This document shows, one piece after another, positions 52,710-63,223 of a stretch of DNA of 64,000 nt. Source of the stretch: Candidatus Poribacteria bacterium. Lineage in GTDB: Bacteria; Poribacteria; WGA-4E; WGA-3G. The stretch covers positions 960,001-1,024,000 of the forward strand of contig OZ243938.1 of assembly GCA_965214095.1 (NCBI GenBank), read 5' to 3'. A model generated the notes under the pieces. That model did no database searches. It was given only the letters and a program-made list of their open reading frames with translations, and was not told the DNA's origin. Every line of letters begins with the position of its first letter. Within the stretch, counting starts at the first letter, position 1. The translations under genes and the position numbers were made by a program.

Positions 52710-53729
52710 TTACTCCTGCCAAATACCGATTTCCTTATAAAAACGGATTGCTCCCGGATGAAAAGGTGTGCCTACATCTCTGGCAGCATTTTTTTCATTA
52801 ATCGCCTTACCCGCACCGTGTGCTTTAGCGACTTCAGCACCATGCGTATATAGTGTTTTCGTAAAATGATAGACCATATCTTCATCTGCATCTGTTGCAG
52901 TGATAAGATGCATTGAGCCAACATTCATGGTATTAAACGGTTCAGTCAGTACTCTCTTGTAGGCATCTACAGGAATAGTGATAGGGTTGAAAAATGGATA
53001 TTTTTCAAAGAGAACTTTTTTCACTGATTCTTCAAACGGAATGAAGACAATATCCAGTTTTGAGCTTGCTTGGGTGATAGCAGGCGTAGGAATCGCGCCT
53101 CCCATAAACGCTGCTGCAGATGAACCGTCTGACAAATAGTCAACAGCATCACCATAGGTTCCATTTACAGGAGTAAAGTCCTTATATTTCACACCATGTT
53201 CTGCTAATATCGGTTCCAAAAAGTATTCAAAACCTGCCCCTGCTGGACCCACAACGACACGTTTGCCCTTCAAATCAGCGATTGATTTTATTTTAGATGA
53301 TTTTGGAGTGACAAACAACCCAACATTCGGTGCAAGCGTCATGACAGAACGGATCGGGTGTTCAGTTTTCCAAGCACCTTCACCGCGAACCGCAAAATAC
53401 GAAATCGCAGCATTTGCCATTCCAAATTCTATCGTACGGTCTTCGCTCACAAGTAGACGTATATTTTGCTGTGTGCCTTTAGTGCCTTCAGCGGTAATCT
53501 CCCAATTTTTGCCTTTGATATTCCGTGCAACAACGTCTGCAATTGCGCTGCCTACAGGGTGAAAAGCACCACCAATTGGAGCAGTTCCTATACTGATAAA
53601 TTGGCGTTCTGTTGTTTTTTCATCCGCAACTTTATCATCGTTTTTCTTTGATGCATTATCACATCCAATACCTAAACTCAGTATTGAGATGAGACAAATG
53701 ATGGGTAGATAGTATCCATAAAACTTCAT
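52710..53729 (-). CDS. TAXI-family TRAP solute-binding lipoprotein
   Basis: Lipobox GIGC; SIGTAPIGG; PFHPGAIRFYKE. Confidence 0.88.
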   Translation of the reverse strand: MKFYGYYLPIICLISILSLGIGCDNASKKNDDKVADEKTTERQFISIGTAPIGGAFHPVGSAIADVVARNIKGKNWEITAEGTKGTQQNIRLLVSEDRTIEFGMANAAISYFAVRGEGAWKTEHPIRSVMTLAPNVGLFVTPKSSKIKSIADLKGKRVVVGPAGAGFEYFLEPILAEHGVKYKDFTPVNGTYGDAVDYLSDGSSAAAFMGGAIPTPAITQASSKLDIVFIPFEESVKKVLFEKYPFFNPITIPVDAYKRVLTEPFNTMNVGSMHLITATDADEDMVYHFTKTLYTHGAEVAKAHGAGKAINEKNAARDVGTPFHPGAIRFYKEIGIWQE

Positions 53730-53796
53730 ATATATATTCTCCTACAATCATTACGTGAATATTTACTTCAATGTTTTTTGTGATTGAAAATCAATT

Positions 53797-55074
53797 TCAG
53801 TGTGAAGGATGTTCAAGTGGTACCTCTGGAGGAAAATAGCATGTCTTTGACATATCTGGAAAGATATGCGTTACATCTCGTCTATAGACATCTCCACTTA
53901 ATATGTCAACGATGCCTCCAAGATGTTGCGGATATTCAGACAAAAACCGAGCAAAACTGAATTCTTTTGTGTAGAAAGCGTAGACAAGTTTCCGAAATGC
54001 CTCCATACCGTCTATAAAAGTTTGTCCAAAACTCCCTAACTTCTGTTCGGAGAAGTCGTCTTTTTGAAATGCATCCACAATAACATCTGCTGCCATTTCA
54101 CCCGATTTGAGTGCTAAAAACAGACCTGTTGAATAAACGGGATCCAAAAACCCAAATGCATCACCAATCAACACCCAATTCTCACCTGCGATTCTGCTGG
54201 CGCGATACGAGAAATCCTTTGTCGTCTGAATAGGAAAGAGTTGCTTTGCACCTTCAAGCCGTTGCTTCAAAGGTTGACATTTCTCAAGTTCTTCATTGAA
54301 TATTTTCTGTGCATTGAGTTTGCCATCAGGTTCTCTGCGGTTTTGCAGCAGGTAGTCTAAACCACCGACAACACCTATGCTTGTGCGATTGTATGGAAGC
54401 GGTATTGACCAGAACCACGAGTCTTTCTCGTCGGTATGCAAGATTAAGGTAGCACCTTCGTCAAGTCCTTCATCCCGATGTCCACCTTCATAATGTGTAA
54501 AAAGAGATGCCTTCTTCAGATGAGGTTCTACCGTGTTTAGGTCTAACTGCCTTCCAATGAGAGAACGTTGTCCCGTTGAATCCACAATCACAGTGCCGTG
54601 TATTGTTTCAAGGTTATTATCTTTTCCATTCTGTGCAGTAATTCCAATTGCTTTGTCACCTTCAAAGAGAACCTTGCGAACACTCACACCTCTGCGAACT
54701 TCTACACCTTTTTCAGTTGCGTTATCCAAGAGCATCTGGTCAAATTCGCTTCGTAGTACCTGCCATGTTACTGCACTTTCGTGTGGGTTGGTTTCGAAAA
54801 AGTAGAAGGGATTGGTGGCTTTACCTGTACGCGTGAAAAACTGCACGCTGAACTTCTGAGGGAAGTGGCTGTTTCGCAATTTCTCAAGCATACCCAGGCG
54901 TTTGAAAGTCCAATAGGTAGCAGGAATCAGCGACTCACCGATTTTGAAGGACGGTTCAGCATCGCGTTCCAAGAGTAGCACACGATAACCGTGCTGTGCA
55001 ATGAGGGTCGCTGCAGTGCTGCCTGCAGGTCCTCCGCCGATGACGATGGTGTCGTAGTTTTGGTTTGTGTTCAT
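53797..55074 (-). CDS. Flavin-dependent halogenase-family protein
   Basis: GGGPAG, IGESLIP, Lys in FPQK, WFWSIP (WxWxIP), GDAFGFLDPVYSTG. Confidence 0.8.
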   Translation of the reverse strand: MNTNQNYDTIVIGGGPAGSTAATLIAQHGYRVLLLERDAEPSFKIGESLIPATYWTFKRLGMLEKLRNSHFPQKFSVQFFTRTGKATNPFYFFETNPHESAVTWQVLRSEFDQMLLDNATEKGVEVRRGVSVRKVLFEGDKAIGITAQNGKDNNLETIHGTVIVDSTGQRSLIGRQLDLNTVEPHLKKASLFTHYEGGHRDEGLDEGATLILHTDEKDSWFWSIPLPYNRTSIGVVGGLDYLLQNRREPDGKLNAQKIFNEELEKCQPLKQRLEGAKQLFPIQTTKDFSYRASRIAGENWVLIGDAFGFLDPVYSTGLFLALKSGEMAADVIVDAFQKDDFSEQKLGSFGQTFIDGMEAFRKLVYAFYTKEFSFARFLSEYPQHLGGIVDILSGDVYRRDVTHIFPDMSKTCYFPPEVPLEHPSH

Positions 55075-55120
55075 TTAATTCATCAGAATATGATATGGTT
55101 TTTTCATTTTGATACCTAAA

Positions 55121-55252
55121 ATTAGTCTGCCGCTTTACCGTCTTCCGTTTCCGTAGCTTCTGTTTTCTCAGCCGGCGGATCCACAAATTCACACCGATAA
55201 CTTCCAATTCAATAAGGACTTCTCAGTTCTCAGAGATTTTCCCAATAATCAT
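55121..55252 (-). pseudogene. Truncated gene remnant, N-terminus resembling clan AA aspartyl proteases
   Basis: ATGA overlap with upstream gene; reads MIIGKISEN*EVLIELEVIG with in-frame TGA, then loses similarity. Confidence 0.45.
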
Positions 55253-55518
55253 TGAGTTGGCACCGAAACCTTAAATCCAATTCGGTAGGCAGCTGGAAAT
55301 CCTATACGGAGACCGTAAACTGTAGCATTTGGTCGTTTTGACAGTAAACGGTCTGTAGCTACTAAATCTTCATCAGCAATAGCATAATCGCCAGTATCAA
55401 TGTCAACAACCAAGTATTTTCCCTTGTTTGCTGTTTCAACTTCGTCCCGAATTTCCTGTTGATACAGTTCCTCACCGCGCATAGCAATGACTTCAGGAGT
55501 TATATCAGATTTATGCAT
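55249..55518 (-). CDS. Small hypothetical protein (DUF5678-like)
   Basis: GKYLVVDIDTGDY...LRIG; AAGGA ribosome-binding site. Confidence 0.7.
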   Translation of the reverse strand: MHKSDITPEVIAMRGEELYQQEIRDEVETANKGKYLVVDIDTGDYAIADEDLVATDRLLSKRPNATVYGLRIGFPAAYRIGFKVSVPTQ

Positions 55519-55827
55519 TATTTATCCTTGTAATATTGATATTACACTTACAATTAAGCGTGAATTATACCTATTCTAAAAATGATTTTCACTTTTTTAT
55601 TTAAATGTCCGAGGTGCAATGAATTGCGCTTGGAGAATGTGCTTATGACATTCACATTGAATCAGTTATTTCTTTAATGGTATGTTCTTAATTAGAAATG
55701 GTATTATATCATTGTTCTGTCAATTTAGACGCATGAAGTTTGGCATTGTTATATTGGTAAGCATCATGATTATAACATAAATATGTGTAGCAGTTCAATA
55801 TATTCTATCGCAGTTTGTTCATAACAC

Positions 55828-57072
55828 CTAACGTTCATCCGTAAATCGCTTTGATTTCAACTCATATCTCGGCAAAGACCCGTGTGGTACAACTTTAACA
55901 ATTGCACGCAATCCTAATGCGTCTCTGATAGCAGAAGTTATGGCCAACGCAGTGTCAGTAGGATTTGGATTAGTGGTTTCAATCTGGACTTCAAGTTCAT
56001 CAAGAGTTTCAGTTCTGTATGCACGCACAGCAAATTCAATCACATCAGGAAACTTTAGGATGATGTTTTCAATCGTTGCAGGATACACGTTCAAACCGCG
56101 AATAATGATGGCATTGTCAATACGTCCGATAACACCACCGTCAAGCACACAGTGTTGACTTCCACATTCACACGGTGTTGGTTTGAGTTTGACATAATCA
56201 CCTGTTCGATAACGAATCACTGGCATTCCGACACGACCTAAATTTGTGATTACCAACTCACCTTCATCTGAGTGTTTTCCGGATTCGGTATCAAGTACTT
56301 CGCAAATAAATTCATCTTCGTTCAGATGGACACCTGCTTGTGGTCTACACATCACACCCCACGCGCCAACTTCTGTCGCACCCGCATGGTCATAGGCGTG
56401 AGCACCCCACCGTTCTTCGATTCGTTGTTTGGTTGCGGGCAGGCTTGCACCGGGTTCACCAGCATGTATAGTTACCCTAACGTTAGAGTCTTTGCTTAGG
56501 TCAATACCTTCCTGTTCCGCAACTTCAGCGAGTCGTAAAGCATAAGTCGGTGTGCAGATTACCACTGTTACATCGTTACTGAGGATAGCGCGTATCCGTT
56601 GCTCTGAGGTAAATCCACCATTTGCTAATGTGAGTGCACCGAGTTGTTGTGCACCATGATATGCACTCCAAAAACCGATAAACGGTCCGAACGAAAACGC
56701 AATCAGGAACCGATCCGCGGAGGTTACACCAGCAGCGTTGTATATGTCTCTCCAACATTTTCCCCACCAATCCCATGATTCTCTTGTGTCTAACCATCGT
56801 AAAGGGGAACCTGTTGTACCTGAAGTTTGATGCAGACAAGTATATTGTTCTAACGGAAATGTGAGATTAGTGCCGTAAGGTGGATGAGATACTTGATCAG
56901 CACTCAATTCGTCCTTTGTTGTGAATGGAAGTTGCTGATAATCTGATATTGTTTGTATATCGTTTGAGATGTTAATTCCCGCATCGGTGAGTTTCTGCTT
57001 GTAGAAGGTGTTTGTCTCTAATACCTGAGCAAGCATCTTGTGGAAACGGTGAAACTGTCTTTTAATATCCAT
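55828..57072 (-). CDS. Phenylacetate-CoA ligase family adenylating enzyme
   Basis: LPFTTK, TSGTTG, AGEPG, GATE, IRYRTGD. Confidence 0.88.
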   Translation of the reverse strand: MDIKRQFHRFHKMLAQVLETNTFYKQKLTDAGINISNDIQTISDYQQLPFTTKDELSADQVSHPPYGTNLTFPLEQYTCLHQTSGTTGSPLRWLDTRESWDWWGKCWRDIYNAAGVTSADRFLIAFSFGPFIGFWSAYHGAQQLGALTLANGGFTSEQRIRAILSNDVTVVICTPTYALRLAEVAEQEGIDLSKDSNVRVTIHAGEPGASLPATKQRIEERWGAHAYDHAGATEVGAWGVMCRPQAGVHLNEDEFICEVLDTESGKHSDEGELVITNLGRVGMPVIRYRTGDYVKLKPTPCECGSQHCVLDGGVIGRIDNAIIIRGLNVYPATIENIILKFPDVIEFAVRAYRTETLDELEVQIETTNPNPTDTALAITSAIRDALGLRAIVKVVPHGSLPRYELKSKRFTDER

Positions 57073-57125
57073 ATATTATAAGCACTAACAATGTTGTTGT
57101 AGAGGAATATAAGAATAGGAGAGAA

Positions 57126-57480
57126 CTACTGATTTTTACGAATTCTAACTCTTCCTGGTGTAATAACACTATAAGCATGCAACAATTCGTTTTCGTGATT
57201 TGCAAAGACTTTTACGATAATTTTTACTTTTGCTTGTGTAGATAAACCAGAAAGACGAATAAGAACTACACCCATGTGTACTCGGCCTTGACGGTAAACA
57301 AGTTCACCAAAGTCTTTGTCCTTCGGTAAGTAATATTGCACGGTTTTGATTAGCTTGATCTAACACTTTTTCATCATCAATACTCGGAGCAAACTCGGAA
57401 ACGTACAATACATTATGACCACTGAGGCGCAGTTCTTGCACAATTACCTTGTTAACACTTTCGTCAACTAATAAATTCAT
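57126..57480 (-). pseudogene. DUF5615 PIN-like toxin with a +1 frameshift
   Basis: MNLLVDESV...AILLTE, then an extra G (GAAGGACAAAGAC) shifts DKDFGELVY out of frame. Confidence 0.8.
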
Positions 57481-57708
57481 TGAGTCTCTTCAAGGATTGG
57501 AAAAACAATATCAGAACGAACAGACTGTGCTGCATAATAAAACGCCGCACGAATCCCCTCATCAGTAAGTCTTGGGTATTCTTCAAGCAATTGCTCAATT
57601 GTCTCACCTGCAGCAATTTTTTCCAATATTAAATCAACAGGTAGACGGGTGCCAGCGATAACAGGTTTACCCATCATAATTGACGGATTGCATTCAATGA
57701 GTTTTGTT
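57477..57708 (-). CDS. DUF433 antitoxin; native start separated by IS insertion
   Basis: NPSIMMGKPVIAGTRLPV...EYPRLT; native ATG inferred at 59090-59088. Confidence 0.8.
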
Positions 57709-59085
57709 GTGATACTCACTACGGCTAAAGCCGTGTGCTTCTTTGAAACACACAACTTCCTATGTGATTCCTGCTTCCGTCTCTCGTGCCTCCCTCCTGA
57801 ACCGCATGAGGTCTTATTTGGACTCCGCAGGCGTAACTTCCCGTCTATCCGACGGTAGTTGGTTTAAGGTTTATTGCAGCGTTGATGTCTCTGTCTATAG
57901 AAACACCACATTGACTGCAATGATACGTTCTCTCTTTTAACGTCAAGTCCTCTTTTTTGTGTCCACAACTGCTACAAGTTTTTGACGATGCGAAGAACTG
58001 GTCTGCTTCGATTACAGGAATACCTCGTGCCGCTGCTTTCACCTTGAGTTTAGAGAGAAAGCCACCTAATGCACTATCCGATAACGCCTTGGCAAGTTTC
58101 TTGTTCTTTAGCATGTTTGTAACCTTTAGCGTTTCTATACCAATAGCACTTGTGTTATTGACAATATCAGTCGTTGCTTTGTGGTGGGCATCGTTGCGGA
58201 TACAAGCAATCCGATAATGAATACTTTCAACTTTCCATTTCTGCTTAAACCAGTTTTTAGACTTTCGCACTTTGCGACTCCACTTGCGTTGTTCTCGTTT
58301 GAGCTTTCTCTCATAACGTTTGAGGGGTCTGGGATTATCATATTGGGTGCCATCTGAACAAGTTGCTAATGTCCTTATACCGACATCAATGCCAATCACA
58401 GGGTGTGTTGAATTATCAACAACTTCGGTGTCCTCTGTGTCAACAGTGATAGATACAAACCATCTATGTGCTGTTCGTGAGATAGTCACCTTGATAAACT
58501 TCCCGACAAAACGTAACGCTTGACGCATTTTAATCCAACCGATTTTAGGCAACTTAATACGTGTACCTTCAACTCGGACAGATTGCTCATCTGTAGTATA
58601 GGATTGACGACAACCACGCTTCTTGAACTTCGGAAACTCCGCACGTTTGCCAACCCAGTTTTCAATACTTTGTCCAAGATTGTTGATAGCATATAACGCA
58701 GCACGTTGGTCTTGAGCATGTGTCCACTCAAAACGTCTTTTCCTTTTATTGAAGTTGACGTTAAGTGTCTGCCACGATTGAAAGGTGTCCTGATCTAATC
58801 CCGCCTTAAAATCTGCTAAAGCTTGGTTATATGCAAATCTGGCATAGCCACATTGAGAGGCAAACCAACGACGCTTCTTAAAAGTCGGAGCTAATGTTAT
58901 CTTGTGGGTTTTGTATGGCATAATAATATTGGTTCTTGATAAGTTTCTGATTTCCGTTGCTGCGGTGTGTGGCAGTCAACAACCTTCCACACTGAAGCAG
59001 TTCTATAACTATTACTCAAAATACATCTAAATGTCAAGCGTTTTTGGACCCAAGCATAAATGCTTGGGATTGCCAGCCAATTCCC
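57709..59085 (-). mobile_element. Second IS200/IS605-family tnpB-only element
   Basis: Right end GAAG-hairpin-TCAC; left end CAAT + hairpin CCCAAGCA-TTTA-TGCTTGGG after target TGAA; fits IS608 pairing rules. Confidence 0.88.
57845..58921 (-). CDS. tnpB: TnpB RNA-guided endonuclease
   Basis: GYARFAYN; RuvC GIDVG, GIETL, DRDINAAINL; CSSC/CSQC zinc finger. Confidence 0.93.
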   Translation of the reverse strand: MPYKTHKITLAPTFKKRRWFASQCGYARFAYNQALADFKAGLDQDTFQSWQTLNVNFNKRKRRFEWTHAQDQRAALYAINNLGQSIENWVGKRAEFPKFKKRGCRQSYTTDEQSVRVEGTRIKLPKIGWIKMRQALRFVGKFIKVTISRTAHRWFVSITVDTEDTEVVDNSTHPVIGIDVGIRTLATCSDGTQYDNPRPLKRYERKLKREQRKWSRKVRKSKNWFKQKWKVESIHYRIACIRNDAHHKATTDIVNNTSAIGIETLKVTNMLKNKKLAKALSDSALGGFLSKLKVKAAARGIPVIEADQFFASSKTCSSCGHKKEDLTLKERTYHCSQCGVSIDRDINAAINLKPTTVG

Positions 59086-59123
59086 TTCATGGTTTCTTCC
59101 TTTTGTGCGTATGTATGAAATTT

Positions 59124-60464
59124 CTATGTATACCGTGTATTCTGATATTCGGGGGCATAGAAATTTGGCAGCAAACTATCAACTTGTAGCAAACCGCGTT
59201 GCGTCAGTTGTATTTCATCTGAATCAGCGTGAACGCGTAACATTCCATCGTTTTGCAGTTTTCGGTATGCATCTGAATATAATGTTAGTATATCAGCATC
59301 AAACTTTGATCTAAAATAAGAAGGTCGGATTTTTCCAAGTTTGAGTTGTAGAATCATTTCTCGTGTCAATTTTTCGTCGTCCGTCGGTTTTAGGGCGCGA
59401 TAGATGGGGAGTTTATCCTCCTCAAGACTGCTGAGATAATCACCCCATGATGGTGCATTTTGGAAGTGAATACCACTGAGATGTGAAAATGATGCGACAC
59501 CCGTGCCAATCATATCGCTTCCTTGCCACACTGCATCACGATAAACAAACTGACACGGCTTATCTTTCTTGAGCACTGTGTAGGCACTTGACTGCGCGTA
59601 ACCTACTTGTTCAAATTGTTCAAATGCGTATTGATGCCATTCCCGTTTCAATTTCCAATCTGCTACAGGTAATGCGTCACCACCCAGAATATCTTTGGAA
59701 TAGACGGTGTTAAACGGCAATTCAAGCTGATATACGGTAATGCTATCCGGATCAAGATCAATCGTCTTTTGCACGGTGTCACGCCAACTTTCCCACGTTT
59801 CTCCAATCATACCTGAAATGAGATCAATATTAACCTGATCAAATTGCAATTCCTTTATCCACGGGTCAATACGATATACCTCTTTTGAAAGATGAGCTCT
59901 ACCATTTTCAGCAAGAATCTCATCGTTCAGATTTTCAACACCGAGACTCAAGCGCGTTACACCGATTTCTTTGATGGCAACCAATTTCTTCTGTGTTAGA
60001 GTGCCGGGTTCACATTCGAATGCAACCTCTTTGGTAGCATCCCATGACATGACTTTCTTGATTCTATCAACTAAAGTAGTCAAATGTTTGACGCTAATGT
60101 ATGATGGCGTGCCTCCCCCAAAATATACAAACCGCAAAGGTCTATCTGCTATTGCCGGTTGCTTGCTATATAATTCCACCTCTTTCGCAAGAGCATTTAG
60201 ATAAGTGTCAATTTCTGAACTGTTTTTGTCTGTATAAACGCGAAAATAGCAGAATTTACAACGTTTACGACAGAATGGGATGTGTAGATAAAGTCCTAAT
60301 GTGGCATCGGGAAGTGGCTGTTCACCCAATGCTTGATGCACATCTGATACAGCATCGTCATTCCACGTAGAATAGGGAGGGTAGTTGGAAACAAAAACGC
60401 TTCCTACTGTTGTCTGTTTTGATTCTATACCTGCTGTTGCAGGTTCTGGTTTTGTTTTAGACAT
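59124..60464 (-). CDS. HemN-like radical SAM protein
   Basis: YLHIPFCRKRCKFC, YFGGGTPS, NIDLISG. Confidence 0.88.
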   Translation of the reverse strand: MSKTKPEPATAGIESKQTTVGSVFVSNYPPYSTWNDDAVSDVHQALGEQPLPDATLGLYLHIPFCRKRCKFCYFRVYTDKNSSEIDTYLNALAKEVELYSKQPAIADRPLRFVYFGGGTPSYISVKHLTTLVDRIKKVMSWDATKEVAFECEPGTLTQKKLVAIKEIGVTRLSLGVENLNDEILAENGRAHLSKEVYRIDPWIKELQFDQVNIDLISGMIGETWESWRDTVQKTIDLDPDSITVYQLELPFNTVYSKDILGGDALPVADWKLKREWHQYAFEQFEQVGYAQSSAYTVLKKDKPCQFVYRDAVWQGSDMIGTGVASFSHLSGIHFQNAPSWGDYLSSLEEDKLPIYRALKPTDDEKLTREMILQLKLGKIRPSYFRSKFDADILTLYSDAYRKLQNDGMLRVHADSDEIQLTQRGLLQVDSLLPNFYAPEYQNTRYT

Positions 60465-61657
60465 TATTTCTTTTCTCCAAAGCAGTAGAGGACTCCATCC
60501 TCTGTTCCAATATATATTCTACCATCAGCGACACTTGGTGACGAAACGATGGGTGATGCTGTATCAAACTCCCAGACCGAATCTCCAGTTGTAATATCTA
60601 AGGCAAGGAAAACCCCGCGAGTCGTGCCAAAAAAGACACGGTTACCTACAACAACGGCAGACGATTCAATCCGTGTTTTGGCAGTGTATGTCCATATCGG
60701 TTCACCTTTTTCAGGTGTGAGGGCATGCATCATCTTGTCGCGGCCACCGATGAGAACAATGTTATTCGTTACGGCAGCAGAGGCAAAAAATGGCAGTTGG
60801 CGCACAGGATGTTGATATCGCCATGCAATTTCTCCTGATGTCAAATCAACACCTAATATCTCGTTCCCATACGTTCCACAATATGCGTACGATTTTGGTC
60901 TGTTCTGTGATTCCGCGTTTGTTCTTAATATCGCGGGACTTGCTCCGACATAGGCTCCTAAGTTGACTTCTTGTTTCTGTGTGCCATCAGTGATATTAAT
61001 GACTCGCAAATAACTATCACACCCCGTGACAATCACAAAGTTTTCGTATATTGCGGGTGTCCCGTGTACATATCCTTCAGTTTCATACTTCCATGCCAAT
61101 TCACCATTTTTTATGTTTAGACAATAAAGAAACCCATCATACGAACCGAATAACACGCGGTCTCCAAAAAAATTTGCGGATGATATAATTTCACCTTCAG
61201 TGGTATACTGCCATCTCTTTTTTCGTGTCGCAATATCCACAGCATGGAATATTCCACCTCCATCCCCAAAGTAGATAACACCTTCTTTGATAGATGGAGC
61301 GGATTTAATTGAATCCGTTGCTTCATACTTCCATGTGCTTTTCCCAGTTTGTGTGTCAATCGCATAGAGTATTCCATCTAATGCACCGATATAGACCGTG
61401 TCATCTACGACTGCAGCAGTAGATTCTATCATATCTCCCGCTTGAAATGCCCACAGCAAATCAAGTTTTTCTGGCAGTTGTGTTTCAGCAACACCAGTCA
61501 GTTGTGGATTTCCTCTGAAACTTCTCCAATCAGCATTAGCAGGATGAACACCTAAAAACAGGAGAATAAAAACAGGTAAATAGCATCTTAATATTAAGTG
61601 ATAACCACCCCTTGTTAAACATCGCTTAAAGGTGAATTTGTCAATAAACTTTCTCAT
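60464..61657 (-). CDS. PQQ-binding-like (BamB-type) beta-propeller protein
   Basis: WRSFRGN; repeated SSP.V.DG..YIG..DG.LY units. Confidence 0.85.
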   Translation of the reverse strand: MRKFIDKFTFKRCLTRGGYHLILRCYLPVFILLFLGVHPANADWRSFRGNPQLTGVAETQLPEKLDLLWAFQAGDMIESTAAVVDDTVYIGALDGILYAIDTQTGKSTWKYEATDSIKSAPSIKEGVIYFGDGGGIFHAVDIATRKKRWQYTTEGEIISSANFFGDRVLFGSYDGFLYCLNIKNGELAWKYETEGYVHGTPAIYENFVIVTGCDSYLRVINITDGTQKQEVNLGAYVGASPAILRTNAESQNRPKSYAYCGTYGNEILGVDLTSGEIAWRYQHPVRQLPFFASAAVTNNIVLIGGRDKMMHALTPEKGEPIWTYTAKTRIESSAVVVGNRVFFGTTRGVFLALDITTGDSVWEFDTASPIVSSPSVADGRIYIGTEDGVLYCFGEKK

Positions 61658-62759
61658 AGAGCCTCATAAAATCGTGTACATGCATAGAACGTGGATTAAA
61701 TTGTGCGGTCCACTGTGTTGCGGCATCTTTAACTAATGTAGCGATGTCGGTTGACTTGACAGGATCTTTAGTACAATCTTGTAGAGTGTACGGTAAATCC
61801 CCAATTTTCATTAACATCTCAATTCTATCTGCTAAATGTCCCACTGGGTAAAGTTCATCATAGAATTTGCCAACTATTGTGTTGTTGAAACGGATGACGT
61901 GTGGTAACATAAGAGCCACTGCAACACCGTGTGTGATACCGTATCTGGCAGTCAGTGGATTTGCACATGCATGTGCTGCTCCCAACATGGAATTTTCTAT
62001 GGCAAGTCCCGCAAGATATGCACCAAATAACATCTTTCCGCGTGATTTAAGGTTATTTTCCTCAAGTGCCAATTCAAAGTTAGCGTTTAACAGTTTCCAA
62101 GCCTGAAATGAAAACATCTGTGATAGAGGATTACGTCTGGTCGATACATGACTCTCGATTGCATGTGCAATTGCATCAATTCCTGTGATTGATGCTTGTA
62201 TCCTCGGTAACGTTTTTGTCAATGATGGGTCTAGAATCACAGTGCGGAATTGTGCTTTTTTATCTCCACATGCCATTTTGACATGGGTTTCTTCGTGTGC
62301 AATCAGTGCATAAGATTGTGCCTCACTTCCTGTGCCAATGGTTGTAGGGATTCCGATAGAAGGCAGCATCGGTTTTGATGCCTTATTTGTTCCCCAGTAA
62401 TCCTCTATTTTCCTACCATTCGTCAACAAGAAATTCACGCCCTTCGCACAATCCATCGCGCTCCCACCACCGAGACCGATAATTATGTCAATCGGGGTGT
62501 TGGCTTTCGCAAATTTAACGGCTTCTTCAACATGTTTTGTCGTTGGATTCGGTTCAACATCGGAGAAAACATAGCATGGAATCTTCTCATTATTTAGAAC
62601 TGAATACGCCCGATTCAGAATACCTGCATCTTGAATACCAGGGTCTGTCACAAGCAATACTCGACTACCACCAAGAACTATCGTAGATTCGGCAAGTTTA
62701 TCAATACTGTTTTCACCAAAGATGACGCGTTGTGCCAAATCAGAATCAAATGCTTCCAT
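61641..62759 (-). CDS. Iron-containing alcohol dehydrogenase
   Basis: GGGSAMDCAK, PTTIGTGSE, DAIAHAIE, HACANPL, HGVAV. Confidence 0.9.
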   Translation of the reverse strand: MEAFDSDLAQRVIFGENSIDKLAESTIVLGGSRVLLVTDPGIQDAGILNRAYSVLNNEKIPCYVFSDVEPNPTTKHVEEAVKFAKANTPIDIIIGLGGGSAMDCAKGVNFLLTNGRKIEDYWGTNKASKPMLPSIGIPTTIGTGSEAQSYALIAHEETHVKMACGDKKAQFRTVILDPSLTKTLPRIQASITGIDAIAHAIESHVSTRRNPLSQMFSFQAWKLLNANFELALEENNLKSRGKMLFGAYLAGLAIENSMLGAAHACANPLTARYGITHGVAVALMLPHVIRFNNTIVGKFYDELYPVGHLADRIEMLMKIGDLPYTLQDCTKDPVKSTDIATLVKDAATQWTAQFNPRSMHVHDFMRLYEKVY

Positions 62760-62898
62760 TATAGAAATCTACACTTAACAAATGTACCTCAGACTTGGTA
62801 AAGACAAAGTTTCAATAAGGTATTATACCAAATTATGTATTACTTTTCAAGGAAACTCTTTTCTTAGAGTGTGCCAAAAGCTTTACACACTCCCTAAG

Positions 62899-63145
62899 CA
62901 GGATTATTTGGTTTTAAGAATATTCCAAAATAGAGATTTACTGAAAGTTAACACCCAAGGCGGTAGGTGCGGTTTCCTAACCGCATCGGAACCTGTAAGA
63001 AGACTTATTATGAAAGGTGTCTGGCACAAATTCGCCAGAATACGCGTGTGGTATTCTGCATTGGTTAGGAAACCGCACCTACCGCCTTGAGGTATTTAGC
63101 GTATGTGAAAAAGACACAAGAAAAACCTAAAACTAAATATCCCTA
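62899..63145. mobile_element. MITE with ISAs1-like ends enclosing an inverted REP pair
   Basis: Flanks are the reverse complement of those of 38321-38540; REP GTAGGTGCGGTTTCCTAACCGCA. Confidence 0.7.
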
Positions 63146-63223
63146 TCCTAATCATTTGACTTGTAATTTCCAATATGGTGTGATATTATCTGAAAACATA
63201 CATTTGTAAGATGAGGAATCCTT

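Noticed and set aside
55223-55225. In-frame TGA as selenocysteine
   Set aside because: No catalytic Cys-like context, no evident SECIS, and the gene is truncated
59124-60464. Assignment as hemN or hemW
   Set aside because: Family motif only; the gene context is not heme biosynthesis, so no symbol is given
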